A stretch of DNA of 24,000 bases from Pseudomonadota bacterium (GTDB lineage Bacteria; Pseudomonadota; Gammaproteobacteria; Xanthomonadales; Ahniellaceae). The notes under the pieces are model-generated. The model did no database searches, had not been told where the DNA came from, and saw only the letters and a list, made by a program, of their open reading frames with translations. The translations under genes and the position numbers were made by a program. The stretch spans positions 11,016-35,015 of the forward strand of contig JAWXCG010000113.1 of the NCBI GenBank assembly GCA_034440555.1, read 5' to 3'. Positions 22,446-24,000 of this stretch are shown here, piece after piece (positions within the stretch are counted from its first letter, which is position 1; the number at the start of each line of letters is the position of its first letter).

Positions 22446-23585
22446 GTGCTCAGCACGATCGGACCGGCGTTACGCACCTTAGTCCGTCGGAGTCTGGCTG
22501 ACTGCCTGAATCAGGGTCGCGACAACTTTTTACCGTTGCGCCTGATTGCGGCGGTCCTGGTGGTTTTCGGTCACAGCTATGCGCTGGCACAGAGTCCCGG
22601 CCTGCACGATTTCATCGGCAAGGCGGGCTGGGGGCCAGGTGTCTACACCGGGTCGATCGCGGTCGATATTTTCTTCGTCGTCAGCGGTTTTTTGGTGGTG
22701 GGCAGTTATGTCAGGCGTCGCGACCTGAAGTTTTTTGTCGGCTCGCGCGTTCTGCGCATCCTGCCTGCCTACCTTGTATGCGTCGTTCTGTGCGCTTATC
22801 TGATCGGCCCATTCGTTACGCAATTGCCCGTGGTCGACTACTTACTACATCGAGATACGCTGGCCTACGTCCTGAAGAATCTCGACTTCATTAGACTCGA
22901 GTGGTACCTGCCCGGCGTGTTCGAGTCCAACCCGCACCCGCGCGTGGTCAATGGTTCGTTGTGGACGCTGCCGGTGGAAGTGCGCCTGTACGTATTGGTT
23001 GCGCTGGTCGGAGCATGCGGACTGTTGCATCGGCGTTGGATGTTCAATCTGCTGCTGGGCGCGGTCGTGATGCTATGGGCATGGCAGTCAGAACCGGCAA
23101 ATTTCCTGTTCCGCAATGACACCACTCTGCGCCTGGCTGGTCTATTTGCACTGGGCTCGGCGTTCTATCTGAATCGCGAATTCATTCCACTCAACGGCTA
23201 TCTTGCCTGTGTGCTCGTATTGATCGCCTGGTGGATGCACGGCACCCCGTATTTTATGAGCTTGTTTGGACTCGCGCTGGGCTATGGCAGCCTGTGGTTT
23301 GCCTATGTGCCCCGGCTGGGCCGGTTCAATCGCATCGGGGACTATTCCTACGGCGTCTATCTCTGGGGCTTTCCGGTACAGCAATTGGTTGTACGCGCTT
23401 TGGAAGCGCCAACACCCATGCTGCTTTTCTTCGGGTCGTTGCCGATTGTCCTGTTAATTGCGATTGCCTCCTGGCACTGGGTCGAGAAACCCTTGCTGCG
23501 CCTGAAGCACACCCCGATGCAACGCTGGCCGCTGGCTGTGCTGGGGCGTGATGGCGTGCGCGAAGTACCGGGCGATGGCGCGTAG
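22446..23585 (+). CDS. Acyltransferase family 3 integral membrane protein (OafA/NolL-like O-acyltransferase)
   Basis: 379 aa, multi-pass hydrophobic. N-terminal signature NFLPLRLIAAVLVVFGHSY (conserved R and H), and YSYGVYLWGFPVQQ near the C-terminus. The start is a GTG 6 nt after the deaD stop with no clear SD, so the start is uncertain. Confidence 0.8.
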   Translation: MLSTIGPALRTLVRRSLADCLNQGRDNFLPLRLIAAVLVVFGHSYALAQSPGLHDFIGKAGWGPGVYTGSIAVDIFFVVSGFLVVGSYVRRRDLKFFVGSRVLRILPAYLVCVVLCAYLIGPFVTQLPVVDYLLHRDTLAYVLKNLDFIRLEWYLPGVFESNPHPRVVNGSLWTLPVEVRLYVLVALVGACGLLHRRWMFNLLLGAVVMLWAWQSEPANFLFRNDTTLRLAGLFALGSAFYLNREFIPLNGYLACVLVLIAWWMHGTPYFMSLFGLALGYGSLWFAYVPRLGRFNRIGDYSYGVYLWGFPVQQLVVRALEAPTPMLLFFGSLPIVLLIAIASWHWVEKPLLRLKHTPMQRWPLAVLGRDGVREVPGDGA

Positions 23586-23667
23586 CCAGACGTTGCCAAT
23601 ACCGCGATAATCCCGCATCTCTCGCCCACTTCGAAGGCGTCAGTCGATCTGACGCTGGAGGTTTGCC

Positions 23668-24000
23668 ATGGCCGATCTTGCCCATCTTGACCGCACTGCG
23701 CGCCGTATGAAAATGCTGTCACAGGCGCTCGATTCGGGGCGTCTGGGGCCGGTGCGGCGCATGGTGAACACACTGACGCCAGCGGAGATCGGCAACTTGC
23801 TGGAGTCGTTGCCGCCCACGAAGCGACTGATGCTGTGGGGCTTGGTCGATGCCGAAGACGATGGCGAAGTGCTGGTCCATTGCGGCGAAGAAGTGCGCGA
23901 AGCCCTGCTCAAGGATATGGACCCGGAAGAGATTGTCGCCGCGGCCGAGTCGCTGGATATCGACGATCTGGCCGATTTGTTCGAGGACCTGCCGGATACC
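23668..24000 (+). CDS. mgtE: Magnesium transporter MgtE, N-terminal part; the gene continues beyond the right edge
   Basis: ATG 23668 with a GGAGG SD. The translation is MADLAHLDRTARRMKMLSQALDSGRLGPVRRMVNTLTPAEIGNLLESLPPTKRLMLWGLVDAEDDGEVLVHCGEEVREALLKDMDPEEIVAAAESLDIDDLADLFEDLPDT. This is the typical MgtE N-domain pattern: PAEIANLLESLP, R..LW, DD.ADL..DLP. Confidence 0.85.
   Translation, partial: MADLAHLDRTARRMKMLSQALDSGRLGPVRRMVNTLTPAEIGNLLESLPPTKRLMLWGLVDAEDDGEVLVHCGEEVREALLKDMDPEEIVAAAESLDIDDLADLFEDLPDT

Noticed and set aside
23586-23667. Mg-sensing riboswitch (M-box) or other leader in front of mgtE
   Set aside because: Only 82 bp separate the acyltransferase stop from the mgtE ATG, which is too short for an M-box. 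The only structure is a 7-bp hairpin, GCGTCAG-TCGAT-CTGACGC (23637-23655), ending 1 nt before the GGAGG SD. That may be a weak terminator or stabiliser for the upstream gene.

Overview
GC-rich gammaproteobacterial chromosomal window. Gene content and synteny look Xanthomonadales/Nevskiales- or Pseudomonas-like, but the taxon is inference. The window is densely coding and mostly housekeeping. I support 20 protein genes (one frameshifted), 2 clear rho-independent terminators, one sigma70-type promoter and several short intergenic repeats. I see no tRNA/rRNA, CRISPR array, transposase/integrase or recognisable defence genes. Gene order, left to right: ABC ATPase (partial) and HlyD adaptor on the minus strand, divergent from a REC-REC-PAS-GGDEF-EAL c-di-GMP protein. 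Then a structured ~300-bp spacer. Then a two-domain fatty acyl-CoA reductase (minus), divergent from an acyl-CoA-binding protein and a PhaD-like TetR regulator (plus), which converge on a PhaF/PhaI-type phasin (minus). Then a minus-strand operon: mtaD-like deaminase, ubiG, mupP-like HAD phosphatase (frameshifted), phytoene-synthase-like protein. Then efp divergent from epmB, a FimX-like degenerate GGDEF-EAL c-di-GMP receptor, cspA, rhlE, an MTH1-like NUDIX, a small secreted protein, deaD, an acyltransferase-3 membrane protein and the 5' part of mgtE. The most unusual locus is 4.8-8.8 kb. There a PHA-granule regulator/phasin pair (PhaD-like TetR plus phasin) sits next to a wax-ester-type reductase and an ACBP, not next to PHA synthase/depolymerase genes. 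A 16-bp tandem near-palindromic repeat lies in the divergent promoter region of that locus. I propose it as a candidate neutral-lipid (fatty alcohol/wax ester) storage module; this is a hypothesis, not a demonstrated system. The other findings are modest: a 1-nt frameshift inside a translationally coupled operon, a structured intergenic element, a cold-shock RNA-remodelling gene cluster, and several exact short repeats in promoter regions. All protein family calls come from reading motifs in the translations and from memory of the families. No database search was run.
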